Shown here piece after piece: positions 25,051-37,702 of a stretch of 45,062 bases of DNA. Numbering within the stretch: the stretch's first letter is position 1; every line of letters begins with the position of its first letter. A program made the position numbers and the translations under genes. Below the pieces are notes generated by a model. It had not been told where the DNA came from. It worked only from the letters and a program-made list of their open reading frames with translations, and did not search any database. Source of the DNA: Octopus bimaculoides (taxonomy: Eukaryota); contig NC_068981.1 in NCBI RefSeq assembly GCF_001194135.2, forward strand, positions 23,937,131-23,982,192. Reading direction: 5' to 3'.

Positions 25051-25942
25051 TTATCGAACCACCTACAGCATTTGCATTTCATGCATATACACTTTACAGC
25101 TTAAACGTCACTCATGAGTGTTTCCCTCACACAATCTCATATTAAAAAAAACAATCTCAGACGCCATCATCATTCAATGACTTCAATTTCATTTCGATCT
25201 CCTAGACGCTTACTGCATACCAGATTTTAGTCACACGATTTTAGTCATTCGTTAACATAAAGCTATCACAGAAAAAAACAAATCATTTGTTAAATGTACA
25301 GGACATAAGAACTGAACCTGGAATCACAATGTTTCAAAGCGAACATTATAACCACACAGACATGCTTGTGCCATGCATATACTTACGTATGTGCGCATAT
25401 CGTTGCGCATTTACACATCCATATACATTCGCATATTAGCATTAATATCTTTCAACTTGTTCTCAAATATAGTGTGCAAAAGGTATATACGATATATTTG
25501 TTTATGTCGTTTCTTTTCCTTTAATATTTTTCGTTATTTACTTTGGTCATTCAATTTATAATATATCAATTTCCTTTTAAGTTAGAGTTACACTGCTTTA
25601 TTTCCAGGCTCTTTGTAAATATCGATTTTCGTATCTACATTATATTTTATATTTATAGCAACATCAAATGAAACAAAATTTTTCAGCTGATAGAAACTAT
25701 GAAGATTACGAATAGCTACCTCGTAGCAGGTGATTCCGTACAGAATATGTGTTGATTTTTACATAAAGGATGACGATAACTATGACAATGATGTTGATAA
25801 TAAATAAAGTTCTCTTTTATTGCCACAAGGGCGATGGATGAGAGACATTACAAGGAAACGTTACAAAACGGTGAGGGCTTTACATCGTGTTTCATAGAGA
25901 ACAATAAATGACTGCAATGAAAGAAGTTATATAGTTTTGCAG

Positions 25943-25978
<36 letters not shown>

Positions 25979-26272
25979 NNNNNNNNNNNNNNNNNNNNNN
26001 NNNNNNNNNNNNNNNNNNNNNNNNNNNNNNNNNNNNNNNNNNNNNNNNNNNNNNNNNNNNNNNNNNNNNNNNNNNNNNNNNNNNNNNNNNNNNNNNNNNN
26101 NNNNNNNNNNNNNNNNNNNNNNNNNNNNNNNNNNNNNNNNNNNNNNNNNNNNNNNNNNNNNNNNNNNNNNNNNNNNNNNNNNNNNNNNNNNNNNNNNNNN
26201 NNNNNNNNNNNNNNNNNNNNNNNNNNNNNNNNNNNNNNNNNNNNNNNNNNNNNNNNNNNNNNNNNNNNNNNN

Positions 26273-26304
<32 letters not shown>

Positions 26305-26369
26305 TAGCCTTTTTAGGTGTTTCAATCATTAGACAGTGGCCATGCTGGGGCACAGCCTCGAAGGGGTTT

Positions 26370-27378
26370 AATCGAATGAATCTATTACACCTCTGATGAT
26401 TCGCAGAAATGAAATTAGTTGAGCTTTGCTGCTGATGTCTGTACTTCCATCGATTTGTAAGGACCTCAAGTTTTCAAGTTCATCTTTTGCTTCAGTGAAA
26501 TGTTTGCGGAGCAGATCATCAATGTCTCGCGAAATGTCTTGAATTTTACGAAAGATCGTGTGGGCAGACAAAGGAGTGGTCTTAATTTGTTTGACGGCTT
26601 CATCACTAATCATTGTGCCAACGGCGATCTCCAAGGCTAATAATGTTTTCGGCATCAGAATGTAGTCTTTTTCTTCTTTACCAAAAAGCTGGCAAACTTG
26701 TAACTAGCGATTTGAGCTTTCTCGGGAATAGAGTAAAATTTCTTCAACCTTTTTCATTGAATTTTAAAATTATTTTTACCATTTCAAAGTATTCTTTTAT
26801 CTTGTGCTTATGTTGCGGATGATTTGTTATCAAATGACGTTGAAGTTTCCTGGAAACCATCGCTTCATTTGAGAGTGTTGTTAAATAAACCATACAAAAA
26901 AGAACCGAGTTGTCTTTTTCCGATAATATAAAACCATATTGGATGCAATTTTCATTATATTTTTGTTTTGTTGAGGTGGACTTTTTGTTCTGGTGTTCGT
27001 CTTGTTTGCTATGAGTCTCTTTCTCATTTTTCTGAGGTCTCAATAAATATTTGTCCTAGTTTAAATCTAAAACTAAAAATCGATTAAAATTAACATAAAA
27101 TAATTTATGTAAATTATAAATATATCAAAAATTAAAAACTATTAGGTCTACTAAACAGACAATCCCGGTTTAAATGCAAAACTGCTGTTCGTCGTGTAAT
27201 GTAATTAATTTGTATTTACCGTATTTTACGATTTATATAATTAATTTATATTTACGCTTGAACTTTGCGAATGTTCTTCGATCGTTGTTTCCCGAAGATC
27301 CCGAAAATAATTTTCGCGACACTCCAGGAATCTATCACGGCACACCTTTGTTCGCAGCACACTGTTTCACAGACACTG
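26370..27378 (-). mobile_element. hAT (Charlie/Buster, ZBED5/SCAND3/FAM200-like) transposon, 5' half
   Basis: Left TIR cagtgtctgtgaaacagtgtgctgcg at 27378. BED-finger remnant QYGF..FCMVY.TLSNEAMV.RKLQRHL, and SLQIDGSTDISSKAQL. Homologous to 34166-35100. Confidence 0.88.
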
Positions 27379-27604
27379 CTATAGATAGACATACAGACAG
27401 ATAAATGCACACACATATACACACTCACGCACAGAGAAAGAGAGAAAGAGAGAGGGGGAGGCATTTATGCGGATAAACAACTTAGATGTATGAAATATAA
27501 CAGTTTGGGTATGAAATACAAGATAAGTATATATGTAATCATGCAAAATGAGAGAAAGTGATAAATATTTAAGTATCAATATATAGATGCTTATATCGAT
27601 CGAT

Positions 27605-28160
27605 TTAGCTCACACAGAGTTCAAAGAAAATTAAACGGAAGAAAGGTGTTATAAATCCAACAGCTGTTTCTAGGTGCTCGAAAATCCATCGTATTGTTGG
27701 TATATGTAGTTCATCACAATATTGGGCCGTAATTGAAGGGATCAACATTGGATGAATCGAACCTCTGTCACTTCTCTGCATTGTGATCTGAAATGTAAGA
27801 TCTTCTCTACCCTGATGACGATTGCTCGATTTGTCCACTGGTGATTTCTACCATTAAGGCCGATTATTTGATGAACTACATCTGCCAATATTACGATGGC
27901 TCTCCGAACCCCTAGAAACAGCTGTTTGACTGATAACACCTTTCTTTTTTCTTTCTCTTTAATTTTCTCTGTCGTTTGTGCTCTGAGTAAGTTGGGTCTA
28001 TTAATATAAATATTTACATATTTATACTAAAATATTCATCGTCTGAAAGGCTCCACGTTTTGCATTCTACCGTTTTGCATGTATCCGTATATACATATCT
28101 TTTATTTCATACCCAAACTGATATATTTAATATATCTTATTTGTTTATGCGCATAATTGA
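27605..28160 (+). mobile_element. Second copy of the pLTR-like repeat, with an inverted partial duplication
   Basis: 27760-28160 matches 196-578. The reverse complement of 27605-27728 matches 27858-27990 (tgatgaactaca...cctagaaacagctgtt...ataacacctttctt). Confidence 0.65.
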
Positions 28161-28979
28161 CCTCATATCTGCTCAAATTGATCCCTCTTCTAGCCACTCT
28201 ACTCCGTGGAAATGATTCCCTCAAAAGTAATCGGATTCTAAGTGTCAATTATTTGAGCACAACTGTCTTTTATACTTCGAATCTCTCGACCTCATCTATT
28301 GAATATATATGTATACGTAAATGTCGAACGATGAAAATAAGTGCCCAACACCACACTGGTGGAAATAATATTTTTATTTGTAAATTAAGGCTGCCCTTGC
28401 TTTCATGTTAAGAAAAGTTGTGAAATATCCTAGCGCCTTAGCAATTTTTCAAGCCGATTTGATGCAGAAAAGCTTTCACCTCCATGTTGGGAAACAGTCT
28501 CGTTTAGTTCGCGGGGATTTAACTGAATTTATACGACTAAAACAATGAATCAATGAATCAAAGGAAGCTACTCCTGGGTGGCATCATTTGAATGTTAGAT
28601 TCTCTTGTATTTACCTTTTGGCAAATTGTTGTGTGGTCACTTTGTTTGCATTATTTTGTTTTTGTTCTGTGCATGATGTTCTTGTACTTGTGTGCTGAAG
28701 AAGTTCGTCATTGGGGCACATTTCTTCTGTATGTGGAGTTTGTGTGCTGTGTTCAGATTTCCCGATTAGGAAAGGGGGCTATGTTGATGGGATTACCGTC
28801 GCAGATAGAGGGTCTTCTTTGAAATATTTGAGTGTATAATATTGCATGTGTACGCAGAGAGAAGAATGTTTCATACCTAATGTTTCAGATATCTGTTGAT
28901 TGTATAATGTTTAATTCTTCAGTAATAGAGAGTTCACATTTGGTACCCCATCCCCCGTATTTTAGTGTTTAGCAATAAT

Positions 28980-29790
28980 TTTCTATTCTATCTGGGGGTT
29001 GCTTATTACACCTTCTATCCGCCGGGGTCTAGGCGGCACCGGAACCAAGCTCCGCCATATAAAAATTCTGTCAGCATTTGACTGGGAGGGGTTGAAAGCA
29101 GTTTTGACCCTCTGGTCCCAGTCAATTGCTAGTCTGGTGTTTCCAGACTTTTTGAGGATGGCTGGGTCAAGGTACCCAGTGATTCTTGAGGGACGTCCCC
29201 CCCCCAAAGTGTCACAAGTGCCTTGAATCCGGCCATTTGAAAAAGAACTGCCCCCAAGACTCAAGCAGGGTCCTAGAGCAGTTAATTAGCGAAAATGCAT
29301 CTCGGCCTCCTATGGATTAGCTGCCCAAGGAAAAAGAGGCGGCGAAAAGGAGATCGAGAAAAAGGAAAAAGGCGGGCAACAAGAGTTCCCCATCGAAAGA
29401 CCCCTCAGAGGCAGGAGAGGAGGAAAACCTTTGGATAAAAATGAAGGAGCCTCCTCCTCCTCCTGTAAAGAAGGGGACAAAAGAAAAAAAAAGGCCGGTA
29501 GCTGGTAGTGTACTGCCGGCAGAGATTGAGACTCCTTCAATGGAAATTGTGCCACTGAAAAAGGAGGAAACTCCGTCAAGGGAAAATGTGCCCACGACGG
29601 AGTGTACAGACCCCCTCAACCTGAAAGAATATATTATCTTTTGTCTGGAGGGAGGGGGTCTACAAAAAAATATATATGAGCTAGTTGGGGGAAGGATACG
29701 AACTGAGCTATTCGGATGTCCCGGTGTGGCCTTCGCACATAACTGGGGAGATCGCATCCGGAGACAGCCACAGCAGGATCTTTGAGATCT
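28980..29790 (+). mobile_element. LINE ORF1-like gene remnant (L1/Tx1-type zinc knuckle), no ORF2 downstream
   Basis: YPVILEGRPP, then a frameshift in a poly-C run, then CHKCLESGHLKKNC (CX2CX4HX4C) and a K/E/P-rich tail ending at TGA 29783-29785. Confidence 0.7.
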
Positions 29791-30109
29791 ACCCCGAAGA
29801 CTCATTTGTAAGCATGGTGTAGAACCAGAATGTGAAAGCTAGGGACTGCCTTGAAGCAGCCAAATTTTTTAGAGGGATAGTGCCTCTTTAAGATTCATAT
29901 AATGTTTTTTCTTTGTAAGAGGGGAAACCTCAAATTTACTTTAATGTAAGAGGTTTAAAACCTCAATGTGTTTTTTTTTAAAAAGAACAATGTTTTCGGG
30001 AGGCGTTTTCCCCTTCTTGTATCATTTCATAATCATTCATGTTCATTAACGTTTACGTCCAGCCTGCAGCTACTCTACCTTTCTATGTACTGCCCTTGTG
30101 GAAAATTTA

Positions 30110-30258
30110 AATGAAATAAAGTAGCTTGCTTACCAACCGCATGATTCCGGGTTCAGTCCCACTGCATGACACCTTGGGCAAGTGTTTTCTGCTGTAACTT
30201 CGAACCGACCAAAGCCTTGTAAGTGGATTTGGTAGACGGAAACTGAAAGAAATCTGTC

Positions 30259-30289
<31 letters not shown>

Positions 30290-30745
30290 TCCCCCAACAT
30301 CGCNNNNNNNNNNNNNNNNNNNNNNNNNNNNNNNNNNNNNNNNNNNNNNNNNNNNNNNNNNNNNNNNNNNNNNNNNNNNNNNNNNNNNNNNNNNNNNNNN
30401 NNNNNNNNNNNNNNNNNNNNNNNNNNNNNNNNNNNNNNNNNNNNNNNNNNNNNNNNNNNNNNNNNNNNNNNNNNNNNNNNNNNNNNNNNNNNNNNNNNNN
30501 NNNNNNNNNNNNNNNNNNNNNNNNNTGTGTGTGTGTGTGTGTGTGTGTGTGTGTCTCGTCAACATCACTTGCCAACCGTTGCTGGTGTGTTTACGTTCCC
30601 GTGACTTAGCGGTTCGGCAAAAGAGACCGATAGAATAAGTACTAGGCTTACAAAGAATAAGTCCTGGGGTCGATTTGCTCGACTAAAGGCGGTGCCCCAG
30701 CATAGCCGCAGTCAAATGACTGAAATAAGCAAAAGAATGAAAGAA
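30110..30745 (+). mobile_element. SINE (CORE-like family) spanning an N gap at its internal microsatellite
   Basis: ggttcagtccc B-box, caccttgggcaagtgtttt, aaagccttgtaagtggatttggtagacggaaactgaaag; tail ggtgccccagcatagcc..tgactgaaa. Confidence 0.88.
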
Positions 30746-31211
30746 TATAAGATTATATATATATATGAGTGTGTGTGTGTATGTGTGTGTGTGTGTATTA
30801 TTACAAATAGATATATATATATGTATACATGTATGTATGCATGTATGTATGTACGTATGTATGAATGCTAGTAGGTAGATAGGTAGGTAGGTAGGTCGGT
30901 CGGTCGGTCGGTATGTAAGTGGGTTTCTGCAATATGACTGAATGAAATTACTTTACGAGAGTATGTACTCTGAATATGATAAAATCTCGTAAATGTAACG
31001 TGATGCGTTGAAAGCATCAATCAACTGAGATTAAGCAATTGATAAACAGAAAGTCTCTTTAAGTAGGGTTAGAACATACGAACTGCACGCAAAGCTGGAA
31101 CTATTCTTTGAAACGGATGAAACACGATGCCACCGTATGCCCGCAGTTGCAGAACTGAAACAAATAAAAGATACACGCGCGCACACACACACTCACTCAC
31201 ACATGTATACG

Positions 31212-31242
<31 letters not shown>

Positions 31243-31949
31243 AGACAGACAGACAGACAGACAGACAGATACATACATACATACATACATACATACATAC
31301 ATACATACATACATACATAGAAGACAAGCAGGCAGACAGACAGACAGACAGACAGACAAATAGATGTGGGAGAGAGAGAGAGAGAGAGATTGAAAGAGGT
31401 ATACAGACAGATAAAAAGATTGATTAACGGATATGTGTGCGTATGTATAAATAATCGTTCTTAGTGAACAGAAGTTGTGCATTTATTGAATACTTTATCA
31501 AAGGAATGCTGTTTATAAATAAATGGAGCGCTGTTTATAAATATATAAAAAAAACACTGTCGCTAAAAACAGTATCAATTAAAATACTGTAAGTTGAATT
31601 AGAACACGGCTCGTTGAATCTACTGCAAAGCTTTGACTGGTCTTGGCGTTACTGGTGCATCAAAGCAGAGGGCTATAAATTCCATCACTAAAGCTGCAGA
31701 GAGGGCCAATAGGCGGGTGCCTTTGGATAAAAAGGTCAGATCAGTGGCTTGCTGCTACTGAGATGTCAGCTGAGACTTAATCAGCCTTGACTGGGTCAAA
31801 TGGACGAAGGAATCGGGTGTTGAAAGGTCCGAAACACTCGGAGATTCCAGAAACATTACGGATAGCGTATCCCAGAGCATCCGCTAGATGGCTAGATAAT
31901 TCTTAATAATGAACTGTTGCAGATTTTTCAAAATGTCACTACCTAACGT

Positions 31950-33830
31950 TTATGAATTATAGATAAGCAACGTTATTTTTTGTCTCTTTAAGCCGAGCGT
32001 GTATTTTTTAAGAGAAAATTTATAAATAATGTGTTGCTTACATTTTTTGTAATATTGTGTATCTTTCCTTGAATTTTAATTGAAATGAAAATATTCTCAA
32101 TGTTCTGTGCTCATACATTTCTATATGTTCAACCAGTAGAATTTTCTTTGTCTTCTGGCTCGTTCATAGAAATTTCTGGTCAGACCAATGTAACTTTCTT
32201 TACAATTGGGACATTTTATGTTGAGTATTAAATCCTTTGTCTTGCGCGGTTATTTTGAAAGAATTTTGTCGCTGAACTAGCTTCAAAATATGTGGAGTTT
32301 ATAGTGCATGGCTCACGCTTGCTAGCTTTTCACGTTTCAATGGAGATTTTGGAATTATTGGCTAATGTGAATTTTATCCATTTCTTTAGTTGACTCGTAA
32401 GATGTCCATTTTCTTTTTTGCTTTTCTATTAATTCTAGGAATGTTTTGTAGTTTTAGAAAACCATTCAGTTCATTCAATCGAATTTGCCACAGTTGTAGA
32501 GCATTCACTATCACATATATTGGCTTTGTCACGCAGTAGAGAATGTTTTACATATTGTGCGATGAATAACATTTTGGAGGATATCTAAAAGCGCAACGTT
32601 TTTATGATTGGCTTCTGTAGTGAATCTAATGGACGGATGAAGGGCATTTAGGAGATTATGAAGTATTTATATTTCACCTTATATATANNNNNNNNNNNNN
32701 NNNNNNNNNNNNNNNNNNNNNNNNNNNNNNNNNNNNNNNNNNNNNNNNNNNCATATATAAAGCAATGCTCGACAGGATGTATCTTCTTTTGTTAAGTTTA
32801 TTTTATACTTCAAGAACTTTTTACTTTTCCCCAGACATCCACTCTCATGGCTAACAAACAAAGGAACATATTTTGTGCCAATGGTTGTCTCGTTTATCCA
32901 TAAATTGAACTGATGTTTTACATCAGTCAAAGCTGTTTTCTTTCAATATAAAACGTAACACTTTGATGAACAGATCTGTTCTGAAACGTTCATAAACTAT
33001 GTCTCAATGTTTTCTACCTAGTATGCCTTCTGCTCCAGTTCATTAATGTGACACACGGACTAGACACATCAAATCATGTTAAAATGCTACCCTCAGCAAT
33101 AATTGATGGAATACATTTAAGGAATCTATTACATTATGTGCGTAACTCGAAATTTTTATCATAGAGGTCTAAGGAGCGTATCTATAAAGTGACTCAGACT
33201 GTGTTTGTTAGATTGTAGTTCAGTAAGTATTGGTCTGTGTTTGAGATCAGCTGGTCTTGATATAATTATTTATTTGTAATTTTGTTCATTGGCAGCTTTT
33301 TGAATAACCGAGTTTTTTATGAACCTTCAGTGAGCCACACAAATTACTTCCCCTGTCTTTGAGCTTGTATATGTAATCAATTTCTTTATCAGTAAAAGTC
33401 AGAATATTAGTTCATTGATGATTCGATTTTGTTTATAATTACTTTATCTAGAGTTTTTACATATATCTTCCCTGTAGTAATTTTCATCCCTTAAATTTTT
33501 CGATGCTTTATCTTCGTAAACATTTTATCTTCAGTAATTATAATAATGCTACCACCTTTGTCAGCTTTCTTAAAATAATTGACTTATCATTTTCAATGTT
33601 TTCAGAGCTTCTTAACTTTTTACGGAAGTTTCGTTTGCATTTATAAATATCACTGTGGAATATCACTGACGTATCGATATTAGTATCCATATGTTCAGCT
33701 CTTCCTCTATACGGAGTAAAACCTGAGGCGTCGATTAAAGTGGCATATGTCCATTTTGAATTCGGTCATATTTGATACTGATGTAAGAGGACATTTGAAT
33801 TCCTTTATTAATAATGAAATCTAATATTTA
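31950..33830 (-). mobile_element. Decayed Penelope-like retroelement (RT + GIY-YIG endonuclease)
   Basis: Minus-strand motifs in order: DICHFNRRLR, KKADKGGSII, LCGSLKVHK, LKHRPIL..LSHFIDTLLRPL, TTIGTKYVPLF, LNALHPSIRFTTE..ALLDI, KTKDLILNIKCPNCKESYIGLTRNFYER. Many stops; (TA)n and an N gap interrupt the RT near the catalytic region. Confidence 0.88.
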
Positions 33831-34165
33831 CTTCATTTTTACCCGATGAATTTCTAATTTTCGCGGGGTCAGCATTTTTTGTGGATTTGTTTTATTCCTT
33901 GTTCCATCAGATCGTCTATCAAATGGAAGTATGTTCCCCACCAAAGAATTTGGATGAGTTTTAGTAAAGCGGTGTGATATTACATTAAAGAGACAAGTTG
34001 GATAAGGACAAGTTGGATAACGCACATTACAAGAAAGAAATCAAGAACAAAACAAAACTGCAGTTTTACCATATATATATATATTTCGAGGCTGTGACTC
34101 CTTCTTCGGAACATGTGGAAAAGAGAGGAGTGGACCAGTGTGCACCACCAGTATGTTATACCTGT

Positions 34166-36260
34166 GCCTGCCAAATGTGTGCTGCAGCACAGCGGTGTGC
34201 TGTGATAGATTTCTGGACTCCCATGAAAAATATTTTCGAGTTTTTCGGGAAAAAACAATCCAAGAACATTCGCAAAGTTCGAGCGAAAATATAAATTAAT
34301 TATATAATTCTTAAAATACGGTAAATATAAATTAATTACATTACACGACGAACAGCAGTTTTGCATTTAAACCGGGATTGTCTGTAAGTAAATCGTTTAG
34401 TAGTCCTAGTAGTTTTAATTTTTGATTTATTTATAATTTACATACATTATTTTATGTTGATTTTAATCGAATTTTAGTTGGACAAATTTTTATTGAGAAC
34501 TCATCAAAACGAAAATATAGTGAAAATTACATCCAATATGGTTTTATATTATCAGAAAAAGACAACTCGGTTCCTTTTTGTATGATTTGTTAAACAACAC
34601 TCTCAAATGAAGCGATGGTTCCCAGAAAACTACAGCAGCATTTAATAACAAATCCTCTGCAACATAAGGACAAGATAAAAGAACACTTTTGAGATGCTAA
34701 AAAATAATTTTAAGATTCAATGAAAAAGGCTGAAGAAATTTCACTCAATTCTCGAGAAAGCTCAAATCGCTAGTTATAAGATTGCCCAGTTTTGGGCAAA
34801 GAAGAAAAAAAGCACTTTCTGATACCGAAAACATTATTTTACCAGCCTTGGAGATCATCGTTGGTATAATGATTAGTGACGAAGCCGTCAAACAAATTAA
34901 AGCCATGCCTTTGTCTGCCCACACGATCTTTCGTAAAATTCAAGACATTGCGTGAGACATTGGTAATCAGCTCCGCAAACATTTCACTTTAGCAAAACAT
35001 GAACTTGAAAATTTGTGGTGCTTACAAATCGATGAAAGTACAGACATTTGCAAGAAAACTCAACTAATTTCATTTCTCCGAATAGTCAGTGGTGGTAAAA
35101 TCATAAGTCAGTTTTTCTTTTGTTGTGATTTGAAGGAAAGAACGACAAGAGAAGATGTGTTTAACCTGGTAAATCAAATTGTCGTATTGAGAGGGATGCA
35201 GTGGCAAACTTGTATTAGCGTTTGCATTGATGGCGCTCCACCCATGCAGGGTCGAAAACAGGGCTTCGTGGTTAATGTATTACAAACAAAAAAAATAGTT
35301 AAAACTGTACATCGCATGATTCACCACGAAGTTTTGGTGTCAAAATCTCTAGCTGATGATCTCCTGAAGACGATGGACAACGTTGTTAAAATGGTGAATT
35401 ACATAAAATCGTATTCCCTACGGTGCAGACTTTTTGCATCCTTATAAATTCTGATTTTAAGTGTTTACTGCTTCATACAGAAGTGCGATGGCTTTCTAAA
35501 GGAAAAGTGCTCTCTGGATTTATCTCTTTGCGAACTGAAATAATAGGTTTCATCGATGCAGAAAATTCAGGATTTGAATTTCTTAACGATGATAATTGGT
35601 GTTTGGAAGTAGCATTTCTCAACGATCTGTTTATGAAGTTGAAAGTTTTAAATTTGAATCTGCAAGAAAATATTACAATTCCAGAAAAAAAATTAATGTC
35701 TTTCGCCGACAAGTTAAAACTGAGGATAAGGAAAGTTAAAAACTCGCAATTTGATTGCTTACCAGTCGTAGAAGCTTTTCCAAACAAATTTAAAATTTTG
35801 TCAGAAGTGCAGAAGACAGTAGAAAACCTCTCTGTATCATTTTCTAAGTATTTTCCATCACTTGATTATCAAATGTACGAGTGGGTCATCAATCCTGTTC
35901 GCAAGATACGACAGTACACACCTGCCATTAACATTAACAGAAGAAAAATTTAAGAGACTTGAAAAACGATCCTGAGCACAAAGCCTTATTTTCTGTTCTA
36001 GAATTGTCAGAACTTTGGATTTCGTTTTTGAACTAATATCCTCGATTAGCTACTACAAACGTTAAAACTCTGTTGGCCTTTGGATCATCGTATCTTTGCA
36101 AAGTAGGCAGCTCTGTGCTTATGAAAGTAAAATAAATAAAAGGGAACGATTACAGATGGTAGACGAGGAGCTACGTATTTGTTTATCTAATTTCGAGCCA
36201 CGCTTTCACAAAATTCTTTCTCAAAATCGATTGCATCCTTTTTACTAAAAACATTATTAT
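34166..36260 (+). mobile_element. hAT (Charlie/Buster-like) transposon with disabled transposase; right TIR not found
   Basis: LQIDESTD, CIDGAPPMQG, HRMIHHEVL and LLHTEVRWLSKG motifs; degenerate left TIR at ~34166; stops and frameshifts. Confidence 0.93.
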
Positions 36261-36278
36261 TGTATTAAATTACCTATA

Positions 36279-36790
36279 TATCTTTTATCTTTTACCGGTT
36301 TCAGCCTCAGGCTAAAGTCATGCTGGTGCATCACCTGTAGTTACTCGGTGTTGTTTCCGGGATTGTTTTTGGTGAAGCAGCGGAGCTGCTCTTCTTTGCA
36401 TTTCCTGCCGCGACATGGATTCATCTGGTATTTCAGATAGAAACCTGTCCAGACGTTCCTTGAGAACTTCCACATCAACACCATGCAGATCTCTAAAGTA
36501 ACCAGGCAGGATGTTGAACAATTGCTGGCTCTTGGAACCCAGACTATTGCAGTACTGTGTCTCTATTTTAGATGATGAAGACGGGATCTTTGGTATGATG
36601 CAGTGCCATCCAGTTCGAGGATTGGTATAACTGTCAATTCCAAAATTGGGCGCTAAGCCCTCCAAGATTATCCAAATATATAGCACCTCATATATCTCGT
36701 CTTCTCTCCAGGGAATATAGACTCTGCGCCTTTAGCCTCTCCCAGTAGCCCATCTTTTGCATCGAGTCAGTCTTCTTTTGCCTGTTGGTG
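36279..36790 (-). mobile_element. 3' end of a CR1-clade LINE, including tail
   Basis: RLKAQSLYSLERRR, IWIILEGLAPN, QQLFNILP..RLDRFLSEIPDE; tail gatgcaccagcatg...ctgaaaccgg(taaaaga)2. Confidence 0.88.
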
Positions 36791-36858
36791 CTGGACTGCT
36801 TCCAGTCCCACATTTTGTGGTGAGGGTCTATCAGAATAAAATAGTAATCAAAGAGGTC

Positions 36859-36895
<37 letters not shown>

Positions 36896-37609
36896 GTCGA
36901 GAACCCCTAATCTAAAGTCTTATGAAAATGAGAAAGGTTAATTGTTTTGTTAATATTTGCAGAACCCGTAGAACAAAAACTAAAATGTAGCTTAGTATTT
37001 AGTCATGTCACTTTATGATCTCAGATTACATTTTCCTGAGATCAACTTTGACTTTCATCTTTTGCAGATAAAGTGGTGGAAAATATTTTATCGACAATAC
37101 GTCTTCACCAAAGTTTTATTCAGGTGCCAATGTAAAGAATTAGTGTAAATGAACGGCAAATACAGATGTGAACAAGAAATCTGTTTAGCTGGAGGCAGCG
37201 ATTTAATTTTGATTCTCTCTTGTAACAGATTCATTTCAGCTTTCATAACTTTGTCAAGAAACGAATGGTACTATCTATGATATCTACGGGCTCCCCCAGA
37301 TTGGAGATATTGATACGGTGAATGTTCATTTTGAACAACAATTCGTCGGTGTCTACAGGAAGACAAAATGTTAGTTCTGTAAGAATCGCAGTACGCTGAA
37401 AATTGTGTGTGTGAAGGGTGGTGATAGAGAATTTGACCCAAAAAATGTTTTATTGCTAGCTAAAGAATATGATTAGAATGAGTAGAACCATAGAAATTTC
37501 CATGTCCCATGTTTTAACAAATCTCATCCGCGACGCTTATACGACAAAGTCTTTATTAGAATTCTATCATCTCAATCATCATTTGAATTTTCTCATATCC
37601 ATCAATATT

Positions 37610-37671
37610 TTCTTCTTCTTCTTCTTCTTCTTCTTCTTCTTCTTCTTCTTCTTCTTCTTCTTCTTCTTCTT

Positions 37672-37701
<30 letters not shown>
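37610..37701. repeat. (CTT)n, about 30 units
   Basis: Direct reading. Confidence 0.95.

Positions 37702-37702
<1 letters not shown>

Noticed and set aside
31795-31860. Hammerhead-like tggacgaagga...tccgaaac near the PLE 3' end
   Set aside because: The core departs from CUGANGA at two positions and no convincing stem III/NUH could be formed.
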